Shown: positions 18,382 to 27,272, counted from the first letter of the stretch. The stretch: 64,000 nucleotides of DNA from Candidatus Doudnabacteria bacterium (GCA_963788395.1 CAWBGV010000026.1:137-64136); one strand, 5' to 3'. Translations and numbers: made by a program. The notes: generated by a model not told the origin, from the letters alone.

Positions 18382-19668
18382 TTACGAACTAATTTTAAGC
18401 CGTTGTTTGAGTTGTTCTTCCACCAGCAGCCGGGGTTGTCCGTAGGCCAGCTGGTTTAAGCCAATCAGCTCTTGGGCGGGAGTTGTTTCGGTGCCAACCA
18501 GCGGCGGCAGGCTGGTACCGGAAAAAGGCTGGCTGGTTTGGCCTTGAACCATCAGCTTGAGGTAAAATTGATATTTAGCCAAGTTACTGAGATCAAATTT
18601 AGTAAAAGGATGAAATTCTTTTTCTAGTTTTTCGGCATCTTCCATGCCCAGTTGGAAAGCCAGGAGCGTCCCAACATTCCCTAAAATAGCATTCTGGATG
18701 TTTTGCGGCAGCTGGGCAAAATACTGGTTGGTTAAATGGACTCCCAGCCCGTATTTTCGCGATTCCGAAAGCATGCCGGCAAATGTATCGGTGGTCATAT
18801 TTTGGAATTCGTCCACGTACAGATAAAACGGCGGCCGTTCAGCTGTGGGCAGAGTGGCCCGCTTCAACACCGCAGCTTGCAGTTTGGAAATCAATATCAA
18901 GCCCAAACAGTACGAAACCGTTTCCCCGATTTTTCCTTTAGATAAGTCCACCAAAAGAATTTTTTCGTGAGCCAAAATCTGGTCGAACTGCAGGCTGCTT
19001 CGGGTCTGGCCTAATATGTTCCGGCAGAGACTGTTGCTTAAGAATTGGCCGAACTTGGAAGTAAAATAATTGAGCATCTCACTGCGATGAAAATCAGCGG
19101 TTTTGGCCATTTGCCGGCTCCAGAATTCCTGGACCAGCGGATCGCTGACAAACTGGCGTTTGTAAGTTTCGAATTTTTTATCCACAAATAATTTTGGAAT
19201 TTCCAATAGCGAGCCGCCCCGGGGGTCGGCCATAATCGTTAAGGCCGCGTTGCGGAGCCAGTGCTCAAATTGCGGACCAATGATTCCGGTTTTTTGCGGG
19301 TCAAAGAGCTTGTAAAATATTTCTATGAGTTCGCCCACTAAAAAATCCCGTTCTCCCGGCGTCTGGGCTTCCAGTAAATTCAGGCCAAACGGAAAATGCA
19401 AGTCGGCCGGCTGAAAGACAATAACATCTTCTCTGCGGCTGGCTGGGATCCGCTCCATGAGCCACTCTACCGATTCCCCGTGCGGGTCAATAAAACAAAC
19501 TCCTTTAAAAGCTAAAATATCCTGCAGCGCCATATTGGCGAACAGGGTCGATTTGCCGACCCCGGTTTTACCAATCATATACATGTGGCGCAGGCGATCG
19601 GTGTCTTCGGAGAGAATCGGGGTCGACTTATTGCGGTAGATGTTATTGCCAAGAGTTATATAGGGCAT
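18382..19668 (-). CDS. VirD4/TraD-like (type IV coupling protein-like) P-loop ATPase, soluble
   Basis: Walker A MIGKTGVGKST, FIDPHGES, Walker B FYLYVDEFQNM, and …SESRKYGLGVHLTNQYFAQL… This is the TraG/TraD/VirD4 C-terminal ATPase pattern, with no TM segments. Confidence 0.75.
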   Translation of the reverse strand: MPYITLGNNIYRNKSTPILSEDTDRLRHMYMIGKTGVGKSTLFANMALQDILAFKGVCFIDPHGESVEWLMERIPASRREDVIVFQPADLHFPFGLNLLEAQTPGERDFLVGELIEIFYKLFDPQKTGIIGPQFEHWLRNAALTIMADPRGGSLLEIPKLFVDKKFETYKRQFVSDPLVQEFWSRQMAKTADFHRSEMLNYFTSKFGQFLSNSLCRNILGQTRSSLQFDQILAHEKILLVDLSKGKIGETVSYCLGLILISKLQAAVLKRATLPTAERPPFYLYVDEFQNMTTDTFAGMLSESRKYGLGVHLTNQYFAQLPQNIQNAILGNVGTLLAFQLGMEDAEKLEKEFHPFTKFDLSNLAKYQFYLKLMVQGQTSQPFSGTSLPPLVGTETTPAQELIGLNQLAYGQPRLLVEEQLKQRLKISS

Positions 19669-19674
19669 AGAAGA

Positions 19675-19986
19675 CTATTTTATATTCAGAAATTTTTGTT
19701 CAAAATATTGCGGATCCAAAACGTGGCTGTACTTGGCTTGCCTGCTGGCCCGCCCGAGCTGTAAATCCAGCAGTCGGCGCAGTTCTTTTTGCTCCCAAAT
19801 TAGTTTTTCTTCCAATGCAAAAAATAATTTGCGCGAAAGTACAGGCCGCAGTTCTTGTAACTTGGCTTCCTGGCGTTCGGTTAATTCCGTAATTTTTTGT
19901 TCGCTGAGCACGGGTTCCGCTGCTGTTGCGGCGGAATGAGGCAGCGGCGGAAGGTGTTCAGATGGCGTAAGAGATTCGGGGTTCAT
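19675..19986 (-). CDS. small hypothetical protein (Pro-rich N-terminus, helical C-terminus)
   Basis: 103-aa ORF packed between the AAA+ gene and the VirD4-like gene (gaps of 11 and 6 nt). Confidence 0.5.
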   Translation of the reverse strand: MNPESLTPSEHLPPLPHSAATAAEPVLSEQKITELTERQEAKLQELRPVLSRKLFFALEEKLIWEQKELRRLLDLQLGRASRQAKYSHVLDPQYFEQKFLNIK

Positions 19987-19997
19987 AAAAAATTGGA

Positions 19998-21206
19998 TTA
20001 TTCCAGTAAGGTTTGGGTGATTAAGGTTTCGCAGGTCTGTTCAATAAAGCGTTTGACCGGCCGGGCGCCCAGCCGCGGATCGTACAAGCGGCTAATATTG
20101 GTGGCCAGGACTTCGTTGGTAATCGCGAACTTGATATTGTGCTTTTGCACGCGCTGTTCGATTTTTTTAATTTCCAGCAGGGCGATGTCGAGCAGGGCGG
20201 CGGGGGACAGCGGGTTGTATATCACAATCGCGTCAAAGCGGTTTAAGAATTCCGTTCGGAATGAGCGCATTAAAATAGGCAAGATTTCTGTCTGGAGAAA
20301 TTCCGGAGCGGTAATATCGCGCCCGAGCTCAAAGGCTTCCACAATTTCCGCAGCCGCCAAATTAGAGGTAGCCAAGATAGTGCTCTGAGTAAAGTTAATA
20401 GTTTGTCCCTGGCCGGAAGTCACCCGGCCGTCGTCTAGTATTTGCAAAAAAATATCAAAAATTTTAGGGTGGGCTTTTTCTATTTCATCCAGGAGCAATA
20501 AGCTATAGGGTTTATTTTTAAAGTGCTCGGTGAGCTGGCCGCCCTGGTCGAACCCAATGTAACCGGCCGGCGCGCCTAAGAGCCTGGCAACCGCGTGGCT
20601 TTCGCCGAATTCGGACATGTCAACGCGCAAAAATTGCTGGGTTGAGCCATAGAGCTGCTCGGCGAGAATTTTTGCGGTTTCGGTTTTGCCGACACCGGAA
20701 GGTCCCAGCAGAAGAAAAGATCCTTTCGGCCGGTCTTCGTTTTTTAGTCCTAAAGCCGCCCGCTGGATAATGTTGGTAATGGTTTGGAGGGCCGGTTCCT
20801 GGCCGATAATATTTTTTTGCAATTCTGCTCCCAAATTTTTTAGCTTAGTTTTTTCGTCGCGGCTTAAGCGGGCCAGTGGAATGCCGGTTTTTTCTGCCAC
20901 TATTTTTTCTACCAACTGCTTAGTCAGGCGCGATTGCCCGGGTTGCAGCCGGAGGTGGGCCAGGCTTTCATCTAACAGGGTAATGGCGGCCTTGGGAGCC
21001 GTGCCGAGGGCCGGAAAGCGGCGGGTAAAATCGAGGATGGTCTCAAAAACTTCCGGATCAATCTCAGCCTGGCCAAACTGGCCGGCTGCGCCGCGCAGAA
21101 TTTCCAGCTGATGCGTTTGGTCCTGCGGATCCAGTTTCATAATTTCAAAGCGGCTCAAAAAGTGGCTTTTGTTTTCTTCCAGCCACTTTAATTCCTGAGG
21201 CTGCAT
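19998..21206 (-). CDS. Clp/Hsp100-type AAA+ ATPase, D2 half (gene split by a frameshift near 21220)
   Basis: IIGQEPALQTITNIIQRAALGL…FLLLGPSGVGKTETAKILAEQL…LLLLDEIEKAHPKIFDIFLQILDDGRVT…ILATSNL… plus the ClpB_D2-small tail. Confidence 0.85.
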   Translation of the reverse strand: MQPQELKWLEENKSHFLSRFEIMKLDPQDQTHQLEILRGAAGQFGQAEIDPEVFETILDFTRRFPALGTAPKAAITLLDESLAHLRLQPGQSRLTKQLVEKIVAEKTGIPLARLSRDEKTKLKNLGAELQKNIIGQEPALQTITNIIQRAALGLKNEDRPKGSFLLLGPSGVGKTETAKILAEQLYGSTQQFLRVDMSEFGESHAVARLLGAPAGYIGFDQGGQLTEHFKNKPYSLLLLDEIEKAHPKIFDIFLQILDDGRVTSGQGQTINFTQSTILATSNLAAAEIVEAFELGRDITAPEFLQTEILPILMRSFRTEFLNRFDAIVIYNPLSPAALLDIALLEIKKIEQRVQKHNIKFAITNEVLATNISRLYDPRLGARPVKRFIEQTCETLITQTLLE

Positions 21207-21654
21207 CGAAAGAATTACCCGGGTCGAATCTTGAAAACAGCAGCGGTTTAATCAACAAGTTCCAGTTTTGGAGGCCTGACGGATTGCCGTAAATCATTTC
21301 GCCAAAACTATCTAAAATTAAGATGCAGTTTTCCAAACTGCCAAAAGCTTCCTGATAGAGATGAAGAGACGCTGCCGGCAATTGAGAAATTTTTTGCAGA
21401 GTCGAAGCGTCCAGTAAAATAATTTTAAACTGCTTAAAGCTGGGATGCGCGGCGGCTTGGGCGGCCCAGCCTAATATCGCGGCGGTTTTGCCGCTGCCGC
21501 TTTCGGCTACCACAATACAGTGGTGCTGAAGCGTGCGTTCCAATACGCGCGACAACCGGGAAATCTCTTCCTGGCGCCCCACGCAAACCGGCAAGCGTTT
21601 TTTTTGCGCTTCCAAGCGAAGGTCGTAGTAGGCAATTTTATCGAAATCGGACAT
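21145..21654 (-). CDS. same AAA+ ATPase, degenerate D1 half
   Basis: …VCVGRQEEISRLSRVLERTLQHHCIVVAESGSGKTAAILGWA…ILILDSFGEM…NLLIKPLL. This is ClpA/B D1-like with a weak Walker B, and there is no N-domain or M-domain. Confidence 0.75.
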   Translation of the reverse strand: MSDFDKIAYYDLRLEAQKKRLPVCVGRQEEISRLSRVLERTLQHHCIVVAESGSGKTAAILGWAAQAAAHPSFKQFKIILLDASTLQKISQLPAASLHLYQEAFGSLENCILILDSFGEMIYGNPSGLQNWNLLIKPLLFSRFDPGNSFDAASGIKVAGRKQKPLFEPL

Positions 21655-22079
21655 TGGGAGGGAGATTTTTTGAATTTTTAATTTAAAATTTTAAGCCGAG
21701 TGTGTCAAAGCTATTCCGGTACTTTCTTGTACTGTCTCGGCTTCATCAATAGGCAGATAGCTTGCCGGGGTATGACCACTTTGGAGATTACGGTAAGGGA
21801 GACGGGAGGTAGTGGGGGCCTTGATTCTGGTTAGTGGTAAACTATTAGTCTTTTTGGTTACCGAGTAGGCGGTTGGCAGGCTCCTCTTTCTGGAATCCGA
21901 AGCAGAGATGTTGATTGGCGCGCGTTCGATTATTTTAGGGGAACGGAAGGCATTTTGATGAGTGTGTTCGCGCTGTTCTAAACGAATACCGCTGTCAATT
22001 TTTGCGGACGCTCGAGGTTCGCCGTAGTTTGGTGTTTGAACTGTCCGATAATCATGTTTTGTTGTGAATGGCCGTTGAA

Positions 22080-24188
22080 TTATTTTTGGTGTTGCCGATG
22101 TCCGGTCCGTTGCGCTGGTAAGGTGATGCGTTCTACGGTGGAGCGATTTTCTTTAATTATTGTTGCACTTTCAATCTGTTTGGGATTTTGTGGTTCTTGA
22201 CGCGCAGGCAGCGGTGAGTGTTTAGGACGCGGATTCGTTTTTTCTGCCGGTTTTATAAGGTTGGTTTGCAGCTGGATTTTCTCTTTTTCTTGCGTTTGTT
22301 GACGATTAATGCGGTTGTTTAATTCGGGAACAGATGGTTTTATGTTCTGTCTTAATGACGGTTGTAACCGGTCACGATGGGTAATGATGGTTTGAATTTT
22401 GATGACGGGAGCAGGCTTTTCTACAGCGACTGTCACCAATTGATTTTTTTCCGACAAAGCAGCTGTTTGAGTCAGACCGCTCCGCTCGCCAGTTTTGTAA
22501 GTTGAAAATTGTATTTGTGCCTCGTTTCCATCAAGAGCTTCTGTGACAACCGGTTTGTCCGCAACAACGATTGGTTCAAGACTCGTAATCCCTTTTTGTT
22601 CCGCTGAAAGAGTTTTTGGGACGATTTCAGTTGAAGCCGGGTTTTGCTTATTCCGTTCATTACTCAAAACAGCTGACTTGGGTTTTTCTTGGTGGCGGGT
22701 TGGGATTATGGATTCTGACCTTGACGGTTGTGTAGCTTGACGATCTATTTTATGTTCCTCCAATTTTCCAATTTCGGGCTGTCTAAGAGTTGCCCGATCG
22801 TTTAAATCTTGGGCAAGATTATTTTCGCGGTTGGCAGAAAAACGGATGGATTGTTTTGCGGTCGCGATTCGCTTACTTAAAGTTTTGACCGGTGCTGGCT
22901 CCAAGCGCGCGGGAGACGATACTCTCTGCCGCTGTTCCGTCGGTTTATCAATTTGAAAATTTTTCTCAACTATTTGAAAACTGCGGACTTTCCGGCCAAA
23001 AATATTAGACTGGCGAACCCGTTGAGGCAGCGGTTGACGGCCAAGTGTTGGTGTATCTGATTTTTCCGGTTTTGGATTGCCGTTTGCTTTCTTCGTCTTC
23101 GGTTCGCCTTGCTGGATTTTAACGACTTTTAAATTTGCAATTACACTTTTTTCAGTCGGCGGTTTTTTTAAAGTCTCGATTGTCCTCAAATTTGCGAGCT
23201 CAACATTTATGGCCTCTTTTCCAACCTCAGGGACCCTAAAAATCGCGGCCGCGATTTTTAGGGTCCCGTCGTTGGAAGCGGGGACTGGGGATTGTTCTAT
23301 AATTGTCAGCCCGCTGGTTTCTACTTGTTTAAAAATATTTGGCGACCGTGATTCGTTGCTGGTTTTAATAATGCCTGCTCCAACCAGGCCTTCCGGTTCA
23401 GAATATTCCTCGGCCGTCATGTTTTTTTTTGGGTCGCTGTATTTTATAATTTCCTGTATCGGAGATACTTTCATAACCCCACTGCCGCCTAAAAAGTAGT
23501 CGGTCATGGAGATTTGCGGCTTAGCTTCTTGAACTTGCTCTTTTTTTGCATCGGCAGCAGGTAAGAAAGTAAAAATTGACGCGGCTGTTTTGTCTTTTTG
23601 GAGTACTTGGAATTTTGGTAAAAAGCTATCGAGATTAATAACCCTCGGGGCCGCTTTCTCGGTTTCCACCTTAGGCTGGCTTATTGGCAGCGGGTCATTA
23701 TCGTCACTCAACGGGCTAATAGTTAGTTCTGCCAGCTCTTTTTCTTCTAATTTTTTTACGACCACAAAAGTATGTACTTCTTCTCCCAAAACCAGGTAAC
23801 CGGTAATTTCCAGTTCGCCTTTTTCCACGTCCAAGCGCGCCGCGAATGCTGTACCGTCGTTAGCAAGATGCTCAACGCGTTGTTCAAATTCCGCCATTAA
23901 TGAGCTGTCGCCGTTTTTTTCTAAAATATCCCGGGCATTTTCTTCTTTGCCGTCTCGAACGTGTCTTAATTCTTTTGTATCATGATTAAACTTTCCCATG
24001 ACAGTGGATTGGAATCTGACTTCGTATTCGCCGGCGCCAAAAGTCTCTTGGATTTTTCCCAAGTAGTCATTGGCATCTGCGCTGGGAGGCTCAGGGTTGG
24101 GAAAATCAATCGGGGATGGTTCGGGCGGCAACTGTTCGTCAGTAAGATCCGGTTCATTATCATTTGGGCCTGATTCGGGGTTAGTCAT
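22080..24188 (-). CDS. large low-complexity/disordered protein (continues to ~21700 in another frame)
   Basis: ATG at 24188 (MTNPESGPNDNEPDLTDEQLPPEP…). It has an acidic N-terminus, one ~120-aa folded-looking segment and a long basic K/Q/P/R-rich tail. After the stop at 22080 the +1 frame stays open for ~125 further codons of similar composition. Confidence 0.55.
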   Translation of the reverse strand: MTNPESGPNDNEPDLTDEQLPPEPSPIDFPNPEPPSADANDYLGKIQETFGAGEYEVRFQSTVMGKFNHDTKELRHVRDGKEENARDILEKNGDSSLMAEFEQRVEHLANDGTAFAARLDVEKGELEITGYLVLGEEVHTFVVVKKLEEKELAELTISPLSDDNDPLPISQPKVETEKAAPRVINLDSFLPKFQVLQKDKTAASIFTFLPAADAKKEQVQEAKPQISMTDYFLGGSGVMKVSPIQEIIKYSDPKKNMTAEEYSEPEGLVGAGIIKTSNESRSPNIFKQVETSGLTIIEQSPVPASNDGTLKIAAAIFRVPEVGKEAINVELANLRTIETLKKPPTEKSVIANLKVVKIQQGEPKTKKANGNPKPEKSDTPTLGRQPLPQRVRQSNIFGRKVRSFQIVEKNFQIDKPTEQRQRVSSPARLEPAPVKTLSKRIATAKQSIRFSANRENNLAQDLNDRATLRQPEIGKLEEHKIDRQATQPSRSESIIPTRHQEKPKSAVLSNERNKQNPASTEIVPKTLSAEQKGITSLEPIVVADKPVVTEALDGNEAQIQFSTYKTGERSGLTQTAALSEKNQLVTVAVEKPAPVIKIQTIITHRDRLQPSLRQNIKPSVPELNNRINRQQTQEKEKIQLQTNLIKPAEKTNPRPKHSPLPARQEPQNPKQIESATIIKENRSTVERITLPAQRTGHRQHQK

Positions 24189-24200
24189 GTTAGTAAAAAT

Positions 24201-24228
24201 TATTAAAAAACGCCTCTCTCGAGGCGTT
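24201..24228 (-). terminator. rho-independent terminator 12 nt upstream of the 24188 start codon
   Basis: Minus strand AACGCCTC-GAGA-GAGGCGTT followed by TTTTTAATAA. Confidence 0.7.
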
Positions 24229-24400
24229 GAAAATGCAAACATGGTCCTGCTCGGGAGAACTGCGTGTTCAACCAAGCGACCTGACTCGTGATCGCGGGTT
24301 GGCGATCCTTTACAGTTGCGGCACAGCGCCTGGATAGCAAAACCTTTATTATAAAGGGTTTTGCGACAGGACTTCCCTTGGCAGAACATCTAGGTTGTTA
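24229..24400 (-). ncRNA. candidate ~190-nt structured RNA or cis-regulatory leader (family unassigned)
   Basis: It sits between a near-consensus promoter and the terminator. Helices are visible: GTCCTG…CAGGAC closing pair and GCAAAACCCTTTAT/ATAAAGGTTTTGC. The overlapping part of ORF 22080-24389 upstream of 24188 is not protein-like. Confidence 0.3.
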
Positions 24401-24410
24401 AGGTAATTTA

Positions 24411-24439
24411 AGTCTAGTTGATGGCCTGTGATTTGTCAA
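24411..24439 (-). promoter_or_regulatory. sigma70-type promoter (TTGACA-17-TAGACT)
   Basis: Minus strand TTGACA (24439-24434), a 17-nt spacer, then TAGACT (24416-24411), just downstream of the PaaX-like gene stop. Confidence 0.5.
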
Positions 24440-24443
24440 AAAA

Positions 24444-24935
24444 TTACTTTTGAAATAGCTTTTCCAGGTCTTCAGTATGGTTAATTTGGGTGGTTTTAAT
24501 GAGCCGGACAAAGAATTTTTTAGCTAACTGCCCCAATTCACCTTCTACTTCTTCATCCAGCGCGTAGGGCGAAACCCAAATACTGTTTTGCCATTTTTTA
24601 AAATGCAGTGATTTTAGTTTGGCGCGTAAAACCGTGCGGACGTATTTTTGTTTCTCAGGAATATCGAAGATAACTAATTTCCAGACTCCGTCGCGCTCCG
24701 GCCTGGCCCGCTGCAAAATGCGCTCACCATCAGCGGTAATGGTCAATAGAAGTTCGCCCAGTGCCCGGTCTTTCTTAACCAATCCCAACTCTTCCAGCCG
24801 GAACGCCGCGTTGTAAATTTCTTTGTAAGGTTTTTGTTTTTTGTAGTTTTCCCAGAGTTCTTCCGGCGTAACCTCCGGACGGGACTTAATTGCCGATAGG
24901 ATTTCCAGCGTTAAAGGGGTAAAAGTGCGGGCCAT
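24444..24935 (-). CDS. PaaX-like winged-helix regulator with a Cas2-fold C-terminal domain
   Basis: wHTH N-terminus (…AAFRLEELGLVKK…), then DGVWKLVIFDIPEKQKYVRTVLRAKLKSLHFKKWQNSIWVSP, the PaaX_C / Cas2-like ferredoxin-fold signature. Confidence 0.6.
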   Translation of the reverse strand: MARTFTPLTLEILSAIKSRPEVTPEELWENYKKQKPYKEIYNAAFRLEELGLVKKDRALGELLLTITADGERILQRARPERDGVWKLVIFDIPEKQKYVRTVLRAKLKSLHFKKWQNSIWVSPYALDEEVEGELGQLAKKFFVRLIKTTQINHTEDLEKLFQK

Positions 24936-25147
24936 AATATTGAGATCTGGGCCTGTTAAATAAATTAAAAATAAAACCTGACTTTATTATAGCACTAACT
25001 TTCTATTTTTAGCGCTCGGTTTTCTAGTTAGCTTAATATTTGTCTATTTAAATCTTATTTAAGCCATTTTAATTGTCCACAATTTTGATGATTTTTTTAT
25101 TTAAATCTGATATAATAAGATAAATAGCTTCAGTTATAGAAATAAAA

Positions 25148-25720
25148 GTGAAAAAAATATTTTCAGCCACAATTATCGCCGGTTTGGTAACGTTATTACT
25201 AGTACCTGGCGGCAGCAATCTGCTTAGCCGTACAGCTTCGGCTTCTTTTTCGGCGGCTCCGATAGTCGTTAATATTGTAGTTACTCGGGCAGCGCCGGTA
25301 CAACAGGTGGTGGTTGCGGCACCCAGCAGCCAATCGATTGTTCAGGGGAGCTGTTCCTGGCAAGCACTGACCAGTAGTTTATTTTTGCAAAGCGCCAGCC
25401 AGTTAAACCTTAACCAACCGGCCAATTGTTTTACCTTGGTCTTGGCCCGTCCGGTTGCCCAACCTACTTTGGCGGTTTTGCCGCTGCAAGCTGCCCTGCC
25501 GCAAATTATTGTGACTAATTCCGGCGCCAGCTTAAGTCCCTTGAGCGTGAATCGGGCCGAGCCGCTGAATCCAATTGCCCTACCCGCCGTAGCAGTCATT
25601 ATTTTAGCCATGACTATGGCCGAAGACCGCAAAATTCGCTCTAATTTCAAAGGCAGCAGCGGGTCAGTAATATCATTAAGATCGTTAAATATTCATCAAT
25701 TAGGTGTGATGCGATGCTAG
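25148..25720 (+). CDS. hypothetical secreted protein
   Basis: 190-aa ORF with a GTG start and signal-like MKKIFSATIIAGLVTLLLVPGG. A/V/Q/P-rich, no recognisable domain. Confidence 0.45.
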   Translation: MKKIFSATIIAGLVTLLLVPGGSNLLSRTASASFSAAPIVVNIVVTRAAPVQQVVVAAPSSQSIVQGSCSWQALTSSLFLQSASQLNLNQPANCFTLVLARPVAQPTLAVLPLQAALPQIIVTNSGASLSPLSVNRAEPLNPIALPAVAVIILAMTMAEDRKIRSNFKGSSGSVISLRSLNIHQLGVMRC

Positions 25721-25809
25721 GCGCAGGTTCCTCTGTACACAGACGTTGATTATAATATTTAAACATTTCCTTTCCTTTAGGATGGAAATTTAAACAAGGA
25801 ATTACGTAC

Positions 25810-26442
25810 ATGCCAGATGAAATCAGAACCAATCGACCCCAGCAACCTATGCCCCGCTATGACGCGGCACCGGCCACGGGCGTTGCCGAAGCTAAAGCTA
25901 ATCCGCCGGCTTCCCGCCTGCCCTGGATTATTTTAGGTTTAATTGTGGTGGTCATAATAGTGCTGGGAGTATTGTTCCGCGACCGCCTGTTTGGCGGCAA
26001 GTCCGGCGCGGTCTTGGGTGCTTCTACATCCATGGAAGCCTCGTCCGGCTATCAAGCCGTCTTTTTGACCAATGGCCAAGTCTACTTTGGCAAGTTGGCC
26101 GACGCGGATAGCGATTACCCGGTCTTGACCGATATCTATTATTTGCAAGTAGTCCAGCCGCCGCTGCAGGGTCAGCAGACCCAAACTCAGGCCGCGACCA
26201 GCCAGTCCCAGCCCCAGATTTCTTTGGTCAAATTAGGCAACGAGCTCCATGGTCCGGTAGACGAAATGCACATTGCCAAGTCCCAGATTTTGTTCTACGA
26301 AGATATGAAGCAAGACAGCCAGGTCTATAAAGCTATCGAGGCCTATAAAGCCAACCCAACCGGCCAGCAAGCTCCTACCGATGATAACACCACCCCCCCT
26401 GCCGATGCTGTCACCCCCCCTGCCGCCATTCCCAGCAAATAA
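25810..26442 (+). CDS. hypothetical single-pass membrane protein
   Basis: 210 aa with a TM (LPWIILGLIVVVIIVLGVLF), followed by a conserved-looking …YQAVFLTNGQVYFGKL…YYLQ… domain and a Pro/Thr tail. Confidence 0.55.
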   Translation: MPDEIRTNRPQQPMPRYDAAPATGVAEAKANPPASRLPWIILGLIVVVIIVLGVLFRDRLFGGKSGAVLGASTSMEASSGYQAVFLTNGQVYFGKLADADSDYPVLTDIYYLQVVQPPLQGQQTQTQAATSQSQPQISLVKLGNELHGPVDEMHIAKSQILFYEDMKQDSQVYKAIEAYKANPTGQQAPTDDNTTPPADAVTPPAAIPSK

Positions 26443-26622
26443 AGGTTAAGTCCAAATAGGACCCGGAGAACTAATTAGTTTTCCGGGTCTTATGGTAGAT
26501 AATGATAAGATACCAAAAACCCGCACTTTACGGCGGGTATTTTTTGGCTAGCTCAATACTGAATGTTAAGCTTGAATTGCCATCTGAGATTATGTTACCA
26601 TAATTAAATTTATACTCAAGTA

Positions 26623-26651
26623 TTGACAAGACTTTCAAATATGTCTATAGT
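26623..26651 (+). promoter_or_regulatory. orphan near-consensus promoter TTGACA-17-TATAGT
   Basis: Exact -35 and a good -10 with a 17-nt spacer. No plausible plus-strand CDS lies downstream, since the next ORF is antisense to rplT. A T-run at ~26705 could end a ~55-nt transcript. Confidence 0.35.
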
Positions 26652-26770
26652 AGTTGTAGAATCACATTTGAAAAGGGCCCTTTAAGGTTTTGTCCTTACG
26701 GGGTTCTTTTTTTAAATTCAAGTTTTGTTCAAGGGTTTTTTTTAGGCTTTGGGTAAAAGGATTTATTAAA

Positions 26771-26802
26771 AGGACCTATGGCCAAGTTGGCTTCATAGGT
26801 CT
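26771..26802 (-). terminator. terminator downstream of rplT
   Basis: Minus strand GACCTATG…CATAGGTC stem followed by CTTTTAATAAAT. Confidence 0.5.
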
Positions 26803-26817
26803 TTATGTAAAATGTGA

Positions 26818-27162
26818 TTATTTCAGCTCAGCTACCATTTTATCGAACACCGCCGGGTGTTTAACGGCCAGTTCGGCCAGCATTTTACGGTTAATGGTGA
26901 CGCCCTGTTTTTTGAGTGTTCCGGCAAATTTACTCCAGGTGGTGCCGTTTTCCCGCAAGGCGGCGTTGGTGCGAATCAGCCATAGCGCGCGGAAGTCGCG
27001 TTTTTTATTGCGGCGGTCGCGGTAGGCGTACTTGTCGGCATGCAGCAAAGCTTCGCGGGCGGCAACAAAATTGGTCGAGCGGCGGTTATCAAAACCTTTA
27101 GCTCGCTTTAATAAATTTTTTCTGCGTTTGTGGGCGGCAACGCCGCGTTTGATTCTGGTCAT
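26818..27162 (-). CDS. rplT: 50S ribosomal protein L20
   Basis: MTRIKRGVAAHKRRKNLLKRAKGF…AYRDRRNKKRDFRALWLIRTNAA is the canonical L20 sequence. Confidence 0.95.
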   Translation of the reverse strand: MTRIKRGVAAHKRRKNLLKRAKGFDNRRSTNFVAAREALLHADKYAYRDRRNKKRDFRALWLIRTNAALRENGTTWSKFAGTLKKQGVTINRKMLAELAVKHPAVFDKMVAELK

Positions 27163-27165
27163 AAT

Positions 27166-27268
27166 AGAGTGATTAGTGAATAGCGAATAGGCAATAGAGA
27201 GTGAATAGCGATTAGCGAATAGGCAATAGAAAATACACTTGGCCGCCTTTTCTATTCGCTAATCGCCG
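27166..27268. repeat. family-A hairpin repeat (GAATAGCGAATAGGCAATAG type), copy 1, inside the rpmI-rplT spacer
   Basis: Two ~32-nt direct units (agagtgattagtgaatagcgaataggcaatag / agagtgaatagcgattagcgaataggcaatag) plus the inverted arm ctattcgctaatcgc. Confidence 0.8.
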
Positions 27269-27272
27269 CCCT

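Noticed and set aside
24229-24400. Assignment as SRP (4.5S/6S-type) RNA
   Set aside because: GTCAGGTC and GGCGCTGTGCCG are suggestive, but the domain-IV GGAA tetraloop with flanking AGCA/GGAAG symmetric-loop residues is not present. This needs a covariance-model search.
24444-24935. Cas2-like motif (VIFDIPE…R…LR..L…W.S.WV) as evidence for a CRISPR-Cas locus
   Set aside because: The N-terminal winged helix and overall length fit PaaX-family regulators, which share the Cas2 fold. No cas1, effector genes or array are nearby.
26690-27025. 111-aa plus-strand ORF downstream of the orphan promoter
   Set aside because: It lies entirely antisense to rplT and its terminator, and its composition is poor (F/R/S-rich). 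It is most likely spurious. If the promoter is real, it would make a short or antisense RNA.
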